Shown piece after piece: positions 1 through 8,824 of a stretch of 64,000 bases of DNA. The notes under the pieces were generated by a model, which made no database searches, was not told where the DNA came from, and saw only the letters and a program-made list of their open reading frames with translations. Both the position numbers and the translations under genes were made by a program. How positions within the stretch are numbered: the stretch's first letter is position 1; each line of letters begins with the position of its first letter. The stretch is from IMG/VR virus record IMGVR_UViG_3300046810_000338, positions 1 through 64,000 of that record. One strand, written 5' to 3'.

Positions 1-641
1 TCCGATCTAGTGATCCCGCCCAGGGCATTGGACATACTGGCAAAGGTGTCACCCACTGCATCAGACAGGACGGTGCCGGATGCCGCAATCCCAGAGAACA
101 AGCTCTTACCTTGCGTGGTGCTGTAATCGATGCCGTAGGTGGCCAATTGGCCTACCAGATCTGGCCACGCGTAGATGTCCAGCTCGGAGTCCCGTGCACT
201 GCCCGGATACACGAACCCAACATCGATGGTGCCGCCCGGAATAAAGAACAACGAGGTGTCAGATGCGGTCAGCGTTGTGTTACCCGTCTGGGACAGGTCA
301 CCGGCCACAAAGTCATTGGCAGTAAGCTGTGTGCCGAATGTCTGGTTGAACGTGTCCACCAAACCCGACACCGTGGTGACACCTGCCTTGGGTTTAAGCA
401 AGGTGATGTCTTTGCCGGTCAGCAGGTTACTCAGTGGGAACCGAGTAAAGGCCAAATCCTTGGAACCTTTATAACCCGAGCTGGGCAGCAGGGTAAAGGT
501 GGCCTTGGAGTTGTAACTGCCAGTCACTGCTGCAATGGGGTTGGTGATTGTGAAATCGGCAACCTTCAAGGTCAGCGAGTTCTGGGCGTTGATGGAGTTA
601 GCAATGTGCTGCTTGGCATCCAGTGTGAAAAGGGTGGTCAT
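1..641 (-). CDS. Virion structural protein, paralog family (3' end runs off window)
   Basis: Hand-translated, not in ORF track: ATG at 641 with GGAG upstream, MTTLFTLDAKQHIANSINAQNSLTLKVADFTITNPIAAVTGSYNSKATFTLLPSSGYKGSKDLAFTRFPLSNLL...; shares N..N-[P]-N[ST]-GY.GS-Y/F.R motif with neighbours. Confidence 0.8.
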   Translation of the reverse strand, partial: MTTLFTLDAKQHIANSINAQNSLTLKVADFTITNPIAAVTGSYNSKATFTLLPSSGYKGSKDLAFTRFPLSNLLTGKDITLLKPKAGVTTVSGLVDTFNQTFGTQLTANDFVAGDLSQTGNTTLTASDTSLFFIPGGTIDVGFVYPGSARDSELDIYAWPDLVGQLATYGIDYSTTQGKSLFSGIAASGTVLSDAVGDTFASMSNALGGITRS

Positions 642-643
642 GG

Positions 644-1141
644 TTAACTCCAATCAAACGAGGACGAAGTGATCGCCTGATTAACGTTTGGCGTATCCCC
701 AGACTGCACGCTCCCTGTCCCAGTCCAAAACAGAGAACCTGCTTTGGCCTGCAAGGCGATGACGTAGGTGCCATCTCCATTGTCGGTCAGGGGCAAGTCT
801 TCCACATCGGTCTCATCCAACAGGATACCTGTGTAGCGCAGCAGGTACGCAAAGCAATCGTGCGTAGAGTCCGCGCCTGTCAGGGCATGAGAGATGTGGG
901 CTGGGAAGTTACGTTGAACCTCGGTCAGGGGCGTGCGGTCGTATTTGAAGATACGACTGTCGCCATAGTCCGGGTTGTCGGTGGTGGGAGTCAGTCTGAT
1001 CTGGGTGTTACTGCCCCCAGCATCGTTAACCAATGCCAACGGCTGACCAAACTGCCACTTGGTGACATCCCCCACGATCAGGCCATAGAGAATGGACAGC
1101 TGGAGCAGCAGGTTAGCTTTAGAACCTTGTTTCAAGTTCAT
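644..1141 (-). CDS. Virion structural protein, paralog family (165 aa)
   Basis: Motif FGQP...SNTQIRLTP...DYGDSRIFKYDRTPL shared with the array. Confidence 0.75.
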   Translation of the reverse strand: MNLKQGSKANLLLQLSILYGLIVGDVTKWQFGQPLALVNDAGGSNTQIRLTPTTDNPDYGDSRIFKYDRTPLTEVQRNFPAHISHALTGADSTHDCFAYLLRYTGILLDETDVEDLPLTDNGDGTYVIALQAKAGSLFWTGTGSVQSGDTPNVNQAITSSSFDWS

Positions 1142-1152
1142 GGGTCAGGCCC

Positions 1153-2028
1153 CTATGCGTTAAAGTGAAGCAGGAACCTGCCTGCAAACCAGCCGCCCGC
1201 TGCCGGCAATGTCACTACCGCCACATGGTTGTAGTCTGTGGAGTTAGCTTCTGGCACAGCTGCATTGGGCAGAGCGTATTGGATAGCGCGCACGCCTGTC
1301 ATGCCGTTGCGTGTTGTAGCTGCAACTGCCAAGTTCAATGGCAGACCACTTACCAGGCCCATGTACTTGATCAACGCTTTGCCGTCCTGATCATTAGCGA
1401 TCGTGGTCAGCGCGGCATAGGTTGACAACTTGTCTTTGAAGGCAGAGAAGTCGCCAGCATAGGTCATGAAGTCAACAACGTTGTCTGACGATGCCTGAGG
1501 TTTAACCCCGGCAGCCAGCACGGTCAGTCCAGCTGTCTGTGCAGGGATCTGGTCGGCCACCGATTTCTTGGTAGCAATCCAGGTCAGAGGGACACTGTCG
1601 ATGTACATGAGGTTGGTGGGTAATGCAACCAGTGCCTTAGCCACACCACCTTCATTAGGTTGCCAGGTGGGCAACGTCATGCCGGAGGCTTCCAAGTTCA
1701 ACCCGTAGCGCTTATTCACACTGGCCAAATAAATGGCGGGTGTAATAGCGGGCAACTGATCAATGTACTTGGAGTAGGTCAGAGGCAGGCTGCGGTACAG
1801 GTACGCCAGGCTGATGCGGGTGTAGGTCAGGTCTTTTGCATCGACATAGGTGCCGGTGCGTTTGGCGGTAACCCGGATCGAGGTGTTACGTCCAGCCACT
1901 GGTTTGTCCAGCGCTTTGGGAATACCGAAGATGAAGTCGGTAGTGTTGATTGGAGAAGGAAGCTGTGGATTGTCTTTGTTGATTTGATCCACTACGTTTT
2001 GCAGCGCGGTACCTGAGTAGTTAGGCAT
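1153..2028 (-). CDS. Virion structural protein, paralog family (291 aa)
   Basis: INKDN...FIFGIP...RNTSIRVTAKRTGTYVDAKDLTYTRISL; C-terminal VPEAN..Y..V...HFN. Confidence 0.8.
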   Translation of the reverse strand: MPNYSGTALQNVVDQINKDNPQLPSPINTTDFIFGIPKALDKPVAGRNTSIRVTAKRTGTYVDAKDLTYTRISLAYLYRSLPLTYSKYIDQLPAITPAIYLASVNKRYGLNLEASGMTLPTWQPNEGGVAKALVALPTNLMYIDSVPLTWIATKKSVADQIPAQTAGLTVLAAGVKPQASSDNVVDFMTYAGDFSAFKDKLSTYAALTTIANDQDGKALIKYMGLVSGLPLNLAVAATTRNGMTGVRAIQYALPNAAVPEANSTDYNHVAVVTLPAAGGWFAGRFLLHFNA

Positions 2029-2038
2029 CGTTATTTAC

Positions 2039-2809
2039 CTAGCTTGGGTTGTAATGGAAATAGACAGGACCTACCAGCAGACCGCTGACCACAGACGACT
2101 GAATAACCACCCGTTCGAAAAGCGGGTTGGCATCTGGAACATCGGCAGTCGCCATGTCCACAACAGTGCCCTGCATCCAATCACGGATACCCAGCTTACG
2201 CGTTAGGGTCTGTACAGCCGCCCAGTCGCTGTAGGCGCCTTTGGCCGTAGGTTTGAGTGCAGGGTAGAGACCAGAGAAGTCCATGCCCCACATCGCCACA
2301 CGGGCCGACTGGCGAGTGGCGTCTCGGCTTGGGTGTTGCAAGACATCCAAGTCCGTTACACCCGTGACCGTATCCAACCACTGCTTGCCGTACTCAACAG
2401 TGATCTCAACCAAACCATACCACTGCACCGAGGTTTCAGCCACAGTCAGAATAACTGTCTGTGTTTGACCTTCTGTCAATGGAATCTGATCGAAGGCATC
2501 AATGTCTTCTGGGTTGATTTCAATGTCGCACTTTACTGCCATGGCCTTGACAATGTTGTCATGGGTCAATGGGACATCGCTTCGAAACGTGAAGTCAATA
2601 ACCGACCCTGCAATGTCGCCACGATCATAGTAAACGTCAACGTCGCCAAAATAGCCACGGCCCGGAATACCCGAGACCGTGAGCCGTGTATTACGTCCAT
2701 GTTCATCCACAGCCTCAGGGATAGCGATTTCCAATCGCTTTTGGTTAAACTCCTTGGGCGGTACAAATTGTTCGTTCAGAACAACGAAAAGCCTTTCTGT
2801 GTTAGACAT
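2039..2809 (-). CDS. Virion structural protein, paralog family
   Basis: RNTRLTVSGIPGRGYFGDVDVYYDR; C-terminal VPDANPLFERV...FHYN; ATG start chosen at 2809. Confidence 0.8.
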   Translation of the reverse strand: MSNTERLFVVLNEQFVPPKEFNQKRLEIAIPEAVDEHGRNTRLTVSGIPGRGYFGDVDVYYDRGDIAGSVIDFTFRSDVPLTHDNIVKAMAVKCDIEINPEDIDAFDQIPLTEGQTQTVILTVAETSVQWYGLVEITVEYGKQWLDTVTGVTDLDVLQHPSRDATRQSARVAMWGMDFSGLYPALKPTAKGAYSDWAAVQTLTRKLGIRDWMQGTVVDMATADVPDANPLFERVVIQSSVVSGLLVGPVYFHYNPS

Positions 2810-2824
2810 GACATCACCCAAGCC

Positions 2825-3652
2825 TTAAGACTGGTTGTAGTGCAGAACAAGGCTACCCAGCAAACCAGTGCATTGAGCAGGGTCCAATTGCACAGACACA
2901 TAACGAACATAGTCCGTGTTGTACCCGGTAGTCGACGCAGTGGTCCCCACAGCCGTTACAGTGGCATTACCGAGGGAATACTGACCGACACCCGACAAGG
3001 TCCACGCATCGCCTGTAATCGCTGTCAGAGCGGCTTGTACTGCGGCCAATTGAGCAGTGCCTGTTTGAACGGTGTCCAACCCTGCATGCTGGTCGCTGAA
3101 GTCCCGGCTGTAGGAGTAGGCCCATGCATAGGGACGGGTTGACACAGGCGCTGGGTAGTTCAAACCAGTGAGTGCACTGACCGTCAGGTAGTCGGCCAAC
3201 TTGTAACCACCGATTCGTGTAGTCACCTGAGTGCTACCGGTCCAGCCATAGCTGGTAGCCAGTGCCTGCAACGTAATGCTGGAGGGAATGGTCTTCTCAG
3301 CAGTCGTCAGGTCACGAGCAGCAAAGTCTGCGGCTGTGAAGACTGTACCGAAGTTACTGTTGAGAGCACCCCAGACATCGGCAATGGTGAGGATGTTGTG
3401 CACAGGAATGATCAGAGGAGCCTGTACGGCCAGCTCTGACAAATCCAAACGGTGATAGCCAAACGTACGGGAACCCGAGTAGGCACTCTGGGAGCCTTTA
3501 GCAGTCAGCGTAACTTCCGTGTTGATGCCGTTACCGCGAACAGTTACCGCACTGGGCTGACCAAAGTTGTAGTCCCCAGCAATCAGGGCGACATTGTTGA
3601 GTCGGTTGATCGACTCAACGACTTGATCCAAGGGGTTTGTATAAAGCGACAT
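2825..3652 (-). CDS. Virion structural protein, paralog family (275 aa)
   Basis: INRLN...FGQP...INTEVTLTAKGSQSAYSGSRTFGYHRLDL; ends LHYNQS. Confidence 0.8.
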   Translation of the reverse strand: MSLYTNPLDQVVESINRLNNVALIAGDYNFGQPSAVTVRGNGINTEVTLTAKGSQSAYSGSRTFGYHRLDLSELAVQAPLIIPVHNILTIADVWGALNSNFGTVFTAADFAARDLTTAEKTIPSSITLQALATSYGWTGSTQVTTRIGGYKLADYLTVSALTGLNYPAPVSTRPYAWAYSYSRDFSDQHAGLDTVQTGTAQLAAVQAALTAITGDAWTLSGVGQYSLGNATVTAVGTTASTTGYNTDYVRYVSVQLDPAQCTGLLGSLVLHYNQS

Positions 3653-3663
3653 GGTCAGACCCT

Positions 3664-4491
3664 TTACGTGAGATTGTAGTGGAAATAGGCGGTACCTTCG
3701 TAGGCCAGGTCGTTAACAATGGTAGGGTTAACCACCGATTGAACAATGACCCGGTCGTAGGTGGGGTTAGCCTGAGGCACGGCACTGGTTGGGTAGTCGT
3801 ACGTGGGGAAGTTGATCCCAGTCGGCCAGGTTGAGAACCCCAAAGAGTTCATCAACGTTACCAGAGCTGCCGGGTTACCTGCAACGTTCAGCACCGAATG
3901 CTTTTGAACGGCCGAGTAGAACTCAGTCCAGTCACGAGCCCAGGTAAAGGTATCTACCTGTTTCTTGTTGCCCCCAGTAGAGCCTGGGAAACGCGTTCTG
4001 TCCAGATCGCCAGTTGGGGTGGCGGTCAGCAGAGCAGGTCTGATGCGGGTGAACTTGATAATGAAAGAGCCGGTGTAGGACAACGATGTAGCAGAGGCAC
4101 GGATGCGAACAAAGGCCTCTTGCAGTTCACCTAACCCTGAGTAGTCGACATCATCAAAATCGATGGGGTCAAGGAACATGCCCAACTTGCGGCCAATCTC
4201 TGGCAGCATTGAGTGCAAAGTGCCACTACTGATAGAACGAATAACAGGAACGATGCTGCCAAAAGCAGCACTCAGATCCATTCGTTGGTAGCCGATGGGC
4301 GCCGCACCTTCGTAAGGAGAACCCGGTAGGGCAATTACCTTGGCGGAAACAGCAGTGGGCTTTTGGGAGGTAGCGGTGCTTTTAGGAGAGGAGATGGCGG
4401 TCTCATCTGCCAGAAGCGGGTACGGTAGAACGTTCTGTTGAGCGACAAGCCCAAGCAAAATGTCCTTACCCTTTCCAGGGACAAGGTACAT
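3664..4491 (-). CDS. Virion structural protein, paralog family (275 aa)
   Basis: PYEGAAPIGYQRMDL; C-terminal VPQANPTYDRV...FHYN. Confidence 0.8.
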   Translation of the reverse strand: MYLVPGKGKDILLGLVAQQNVLPYPLLADETAISSPKSTATSQKPTAVSAKVIALPGSPYEGAAPIGYQRMDLSAAFGSIVPVIRSISSGTLHSMLPEIGRKLGMFLDPIDFDDVDYSGLGELQEAFVRIRASATSLSYTGSFIIKFTRIRPALLTATPTGDLDRTRFPGSTGGNKKQVDTFTWARDWTEFYSAVQKHSVLNVAGNPAALVTLMNSLGFSTWPTGINFPTYDYPTSAVPQANPTYDRVIVQSVVNPTIVNDLAYEGTAYFHYNLT

Positions 4492-4594
4492 GGGGGTTCT
4501 CCTGAAAATCGTATTCAGAGCGTGGGGAGAGAGGCGTGAACAAAAAGATCCACATAGGATTAGCCCATTAAAAAATAATACTTAGGGCATAAAT

Positions 4595-4620
4595 GAAAGG
4601 GAGCCCAAAGGCTCCCTTTC
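4595..4620 (-). terminator. Terminator-like hairpin followed (minus strand) by TTATGCC and a T-tract
   Basis: GAAAGGGAGC-ccaaag-GCTCCCTTTC; GGCATAA at 4586-4592 and an A-run at about 4570-4575. Confidence 0.75.
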
Positions 4621-4648
4621 ACACTGTCTTTTTTAGAGACAAGTGGTC

Positions 4649-5188
4649 TTAGACCACCGGCGCAGCAGGGTAGTTCAGACCGCTCAGAGTGGTCACGGTG
4701 ATCACTTCGGACAAAGGAATGTCCTCGGCGTGCAGGGTGATCGACAGAGCGCCTTTGAAGACCAGGGAACCGGCAGTGATTGGCAGCGAAACGACTTTGG
4801 TTTCGTTCGGCTCGCCAGCCCAGGCGCCGATGGCGCTGTCGGTGTAGTCGTCGGCAGTCAGGTTGACGCCCAGACCGGTGTTGACTTCCAGGATCAGGTC
4901 AGCCAGGTTCTCGGCATCGCCAACTGGCAGCGAGAAGGTCTCGCCGAAAGTGAAGCCTTGCAGGTCGAGACGGTTGTATTTGACCACTTCGGAACCGGTA
5001 TAACCGGAACCAGCCTTGGCGGTAACTTCCAGCTCGGTGTCGCCGCTGGCGTCAACGACGGCTGCAACGGTAGGAACGCCCAGGGTGATGGTCTGGTTGG
5101 TGATCGGCTTGGTGGTGTTGTCCGCAGCAATCAGGTCGATGATGATATCGGCCGGTGCTTTGGAGAAGTCACTTACGTGCAGTGCCAT
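4649..5188 (-). CDS. Virion structural protein, paralog family (179 aa)
   Basis: GDTELEVTAKAGSGYTGSEVVKYNRLDL; strong C/G third-position bias suggests high expression. Confidence 0.85.
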   Translation of the reverse strand: MALHVSDFSKAPADIIIDLIAADNTTKPITNQTITLGVPTVAAVVDASGDTELEVTAKAGSGYTGSEVVKYNRLDLQGFTFGETFSLPVGDAENLADLILEVNTGLGVNLTADDYTDSAIGAWAGEPNETKVVSLPITAGSLVFKGALSITLHAEDIPLSEVITVTTLSGLNYPAAPVV

Positions 5189-5281
5189 GACGCGTTACCT
5201 TTCATTAGGGGATGGTAATGGAGGACATGTTAACCCCCACATACCATAGTAAGGTTATAGCTAACCCATTTGGTCCCTATT

Positions 5282-5983
5282 ATGAATGGCAAATTAATCA
5301 CCTTGGAATCTACCGAGGGAGCAGGAAAAGGCACTGCCAAAGAATTTCTGCACGACTGTCTCTCCGGGGTCACCGGCCAAAAAAGAAAGCGCTACGATGG
5401 TATCGCTGGTCCCGTAATGACCCGTGAACCCGGCGGTACTCCTCTGGCCGAAATCATTCGGGAAGTGCTACTGGCCCCCAGAGAAGAGCAAATGTGTGCC
5501 CCCACAGAACTGCTACTTATATTTGCAGCCAGGCAGCAGCATTTGACAGAGCTTATCAGACCCAGGCTGGCAGAGGGGCGTGTCGTTGTCTGTGAACGTT
5601 TTGTGGACAGCACCTACGCCTATCAGCACTACGCCAGAGGTTTGTCTAAGTCACTCATAGACGCCCTTGTAGAACTGCTAAAGCCGCCTGTGCCGGACAT
5701 TACCTTTTTACTGGACATTGATCCAGAGATTGGCATGGCCAGGGCCACTGCTCGTGGGGTATTAGACCGCTTTGAGCAAGAGTCCATGGCCTTCTTTCAT
5801 CGGGCGAGGTCTGGTTTTCTAACACGGATGGCCGAAGATACTACTGGACGCTTCCGACTTATCGACGCAAGTCAGCCACTGGCTAACGTACGTGGCCAAT
5901 TCATTCATCACCTATTGACCGACGGTTTGATTTCTCAAACCACGGTTTCATTAATCGAGGAGAAATACGATGTCACCTATTGA
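5282..5983 (+). CDS. tmk: Thymidylate kinase
   Basis: P-loop ESTEGAGKGT, TREPGGTPLAE.IR, ELLLIFAAR.QH, CERFVDSTYAYQ, PDITFLLDIDPE. Confidence 0.95.
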   Translation: MNGKLITLESTEGAGKGTAKEFLHDCLSGVTGQKRKRYDGIAGPVMTREPGGTPLAEIIREVLLAPREEQMCAPTELLLIFAARQQHLTELIRPRLAEGRVVVCERFVDSTYAYQHYARGLSKSLIDALVELLKPPVPDITFLLDIDPEIGMARATARGVLDRFEQESMAFFHRARSGFLTRMAEDTTGRFRLIDASQPLANVRGQFIHHLLTDGLISQTTVSLIEEKYDVTY

Positions 5984-6794
5984 AAAAGCTATTAGCATTC
6001 TGGCACCGCTGTTGGAAGATGGGGATGACGGCTCCCTGTTGGTTGACAACTACCCTACTCTCAAAGCAGTGCTGGATGAACTCACCGAATATGTTAACGT
6101 TCAGTACCGGGCTAAAATCGCTGAGGCCAACATCCGTCCCAAGTTGCCCTTTGATTTGGAAGCTGCCCACCAGCGCATTGCAATTATCGCCGGTCTGAAG
6201 GGCTTTTTGAATCTGGACTATGAGTTGGGTTCTAATCCTATCCCAGCGACAGTGGCCGAACCCGCGCGCGCCTGGATCAAGGAAGTTCTGGCCTACGCTG
6301 AAGATACTCAAGGTCGGCGTGAGTCCATCAACGGCGACAACCTGGTTGAAAGCCAAGGCGTAACCGTTGGCAGTTCCAAGCCTGCTGAAGAGGTGCTCAC
6401 CGTGACCCTTGAGGACAGTGACCTTAAGGCCGCCGCCGACAAACTGGTAGACAGCGTGTATGATCGTTTAAAGAGCGCTACGTTCGACCCCACCTTTGAG
6501 CCGGGGCCTCACAATGCCCTTGAGTTCATGCTCAAAGCTGAGGATGAAAGAATTCGCGCCGATGCCCAGATTCAGCTGGAACGCTATGCATCCATTCTCG
6601 GTCTGGATCTGAAGAAAGCACTGGCCGAACACGAATACGCTCCAAGTCCTCTAACCAAGGCCTTCACCGCACTGCTCGACCTTCGCGACCGCCTGCTCGC
6701 TCGCACCGGCAGCTTTGTCCACCCTGATGAAACAGTTGCTTCCATCGAGAACCTGGTGGTTCAATTCACATTGTGGGCCGGGGCCAAGCCATGA
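5970..6794 (+). CDS. Hypothetical protein (274 aa)
   Basis: Long ORF overlapping tmk stop, GAGGAG RBS. Confidence 0.75.
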   Translation: MSPIEKAISILAPLLEDGDDGSLLVDNYPTLKAVLDELTEYVNVQYRAKIAEANIRPKLPFDLEAAHQRIAIIAGLKGFLNLDYELGSNPIPATVAEPARAWIKEVLAYAEDTQGRRESINGDNLVESQGVTVGSSKPAEEVLTVTLEDSDLKAAADKLVDSVYDRLKSATFDPTFEPGPHNALEFMLKAEDERIRADAQIQLERYASILGLDLKKALAEHEYAPSPLTKAFTALLDLRDRLLARTGSFVHPDETVASIENLVVQFTLWAGAKP

Positions 6795-7477
6795 AAGACC
6801 TGACACTGCTTTACGCTTGCAACAACAACGGCACCATCGGGCATGAGGGCAAGATCCCTTGGCACCTGCCCGATGACCTGGAACGCTACAAGCGTCTCAC
6901 CACGGGCAATACGCAGATCATGGGTCTCAATACCCACCTGTCGTTGCAACATCTCCACCCGAAGGCTGTGGCGGCTTACGAGCGGCGTTTGGTGGAAGTC
7001 AATGCCCAGTTCGATCGCGAGATCAAAAAGATCCTCGACGATCCCAAAGCAGTGGGTAAGAAACGGCGTACTGGCAGTCTGGAACTGAAACGCCCAGCTG
7101 CCCTGTTGGCAGTTACCAAACCCTCCGACGTTTATACCCTACCCAATCGACTGACCATCGTGGTGTCCACCACCATGGACCCACCGCAAATCCCTAACCC
7201 GGATCTGTTGATTGCCAGGTCTGCGGTGGAAGCAGTGAACCTCTATGCCGAGTTTGGTCGGGGCTCATTGTTCGTGGTGGGCGGTGTCAGGATCTTTGAA
7301 GAGTTCTTTGACTACGCCACTCGGCTGTTGATCACTCAGGTTAACAATGACTTTGTGGGCGATACGGTTTACGCCCCCAAGCTTGAAGACCATGTGTGGA
7401 AGGTCGCCGCTCACTTGAAAGTGAGCGACGGGGACGGAAAGCTCTCCCATGCCTACACCTCACTTGTGCGTAAGTGA
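6791..7477 (+). CDS. folA: Dihydrofolate reductase with internal insertion
   Basis: NGTIGHEGKIPWHLPDDLERYKRLTTG..QIMGLNTHLSL, LPNRLTIVVS, FVVGGVRIFEEF, GDTVYAP. Confidence 0.9.
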   Translation: MKDLTLLYACNNNGTIGHEGKIPWHLPDDLERYKRLTTGNTQIMGLNTHLSLQHLHPKAVAAYERRLVEVNAQFDREIKKILDDPKAVGKKRRTGSLELKRPAALLAVTKPSDVYTLPNRLTIVVSTTMDPPQIPNPDLLIARSAVEAVNLYAEFGRGSLFVVGGVRIFEEFFDYATRLLITQVNNDFVGDTVYAPKLEDHVWKVAAHLKVSDGDGKLSHAYTSLVRK

Positions 7478-7932
7478 GGATTTGGACGATTCAGCTTGCG
7501 CAGTGGAGGGTGGCCAAGGCTGAAGGGATTCCTCTAATCGATACTACGTTCGCCGCTCAGCCCCCGTATTTGTCACCGACTCGTGAGATCGTGATGAACT
7601 ACAAGGGCGATCGTATTACCGAGGCCGAGTACACCACCCACTTCATTTCGATTCTGGCTCAAAGACAGATCGACTACCCTGTGCAGTGGACCGCCTTCCT
7701 CCAGATGGAGGAAGTCTGTGTTGCCTGTTATTGCAAGGCTGGGAAGTTCTGTCATAGACACCTGTTGATTGAAATCATTCGCAAGCGCTGTGAGCTCGAC
7801 GGTATTCCCTTCGAGCACATGGGAGAGATAACCAAGGAGTTCAAACGTGAACAGGCTTACACAAATAAAGAAAATACTCCCTCCATCGTTACTGAGCTTC
7901 CTAGAGAGCTGCCCGTCGAGTTCTTCGATTAA
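7474..7932 (+). CDS. DUF488-like protein
   Basis: LSPTREIV...EAEYTTHF and C-terminal ACYCKAGKFCHRHLL (C...CHR motif). Confidence 0.6.
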   Translation: MRIWTIQLAQWRVAKAEGIPLIDTTFAAQPPYLSPTREIVMNYKGDRITEAEYTTHFISILAQRQIDYPVQWTAFLQMEEVCVACYCKAGKFCHRHLLIEIIRKRCELDGIPFEHMGEITKEFKREQAYTNKENTPSIVTELPRELPVEFFD

Positions 7933-7936
7933 CGAT

Positions 7937-8362
7937 GTGCTGGCTGAGTTCGTGTGTGATTTGAACTTGGCCATTGGCTCAACCCCTCGTTATCGACATG
8001 TGGACTATGTTGATAACTGCCTGCAACATGGCCTGACCATTCGTATCAGCATGGCCAGCGGGGTTACCATCGCGGCACATTCAGCCGATCCTTTTCTGGG
8101 CAAGCAAACTACCTGCTATCCAAGACAGCAGGGCGAGGTCTGTCAAGAAACGTTGCGGGCCAGTCTGTTGTTCTTCTTTCGCATGGCACTGATCCATCTG
8201 GTAAAGGACGCACCTACTGGTACGCCCGGCTGGACGACCACGATGGCCGTAGAGTTGACCAAGTCGGCCATGCAACAGTTTGACACCGAGCACAAGGTGG
8301 GTATTCGTTTGCATCCCAATGACATCACCATCTTAAACGGTGGTTTCGCAATCCAATGGTAA
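7937..8362 (+). CDS. Hypothetical protein
   Basis: ORF in operon; GTG start inferred after upstream stop. Confidence 0.6.
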   Translation: MLAEFVCDLNLAIGSTPRYRHVDYVDNCLQHGLTIRISMASGVTIAAHSADPFLGKQTTCYPRQQGEVCQETLRASLLFFFRMALIHLVKDAPTGTPGWTTTMAVELTKSAMQQFDTEHKVGIRLHPNDITILNGGFAIQW

Positions 8363-8372
8363 ACCGGCATAA

Positions 8373-8404
8373 ATCCCAGTCCACCCCTAAAGGCGGACTG
8401 GGAT
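8373..8404. terminator. Bidirectional terminator-like hairpin flanked by GGCATAA / TTATGCC
   Basis: ATCCCAGTCC...GGACTGGGAT between convergent genes. Confidence 0.75.
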
Positions 8405-8408
8405 GACC

Positions 8409-8810
8409 TTATGCCACCGGTTCAGCTGGAGCATCTTCGACCGCGGCATCGGCTGCCACAACTTTGGCAGCGTAGCCTTCAGGCATGGACAGAGTCACTT
8501 CCACCTTCAGGCTCATGGGACTGTCGCCCCAAGGAGAGTCGCCGCTAACACGCATGTTGCCAGTGTCTGTCTCGGCGAACACGTACAGCGCCAGAGTGCC
8601 ATCCAGCGCCAGAGTGAAGCTGTTGGCGAGGGTGTACTCGTCCAGCACCGTCAGGTTCTCGATGGCATCAGGAATGCCTGACTTCTTCAAGTCCACGAAA
8701 GTAATACCGGTGATCACCAGATTGGGATCGATGGCCTGTTGTTGGCGAACCAACGAGAACAGGTCAACTTCGGTACGGCCGATGAGCGAAGCAATAACTT
8801 GGATCTGCAT
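8409..8810 (-). CDS. Hypothetical, probably virion-associated protein (133 aa)
   Basis: GAGG RBS; downstream of structural paralog on same strand. Confidence 0.75.
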   Translation of the reverse strand: MQIQVIASLIGRTEVDLFSLVRQQQAIDPNLVITGITFVDLKKSGIPDAIENLTVLDEYTLANSFTLALDGTLALYVFAETDTGNMRVSGDSPWGDSPMSLKVEVTLSMPEGYAAKVVAADAAVEDAPAEPVA

Positions 8811-8824
8811 GGTCTACCTCTGAG

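Noticed and set aside
111-647. Plus-strand 178-aa ORF at the window start
   Set aside because: Antisense to the real minus-strand paralog (<1-641), which has an RBS and the family motif.
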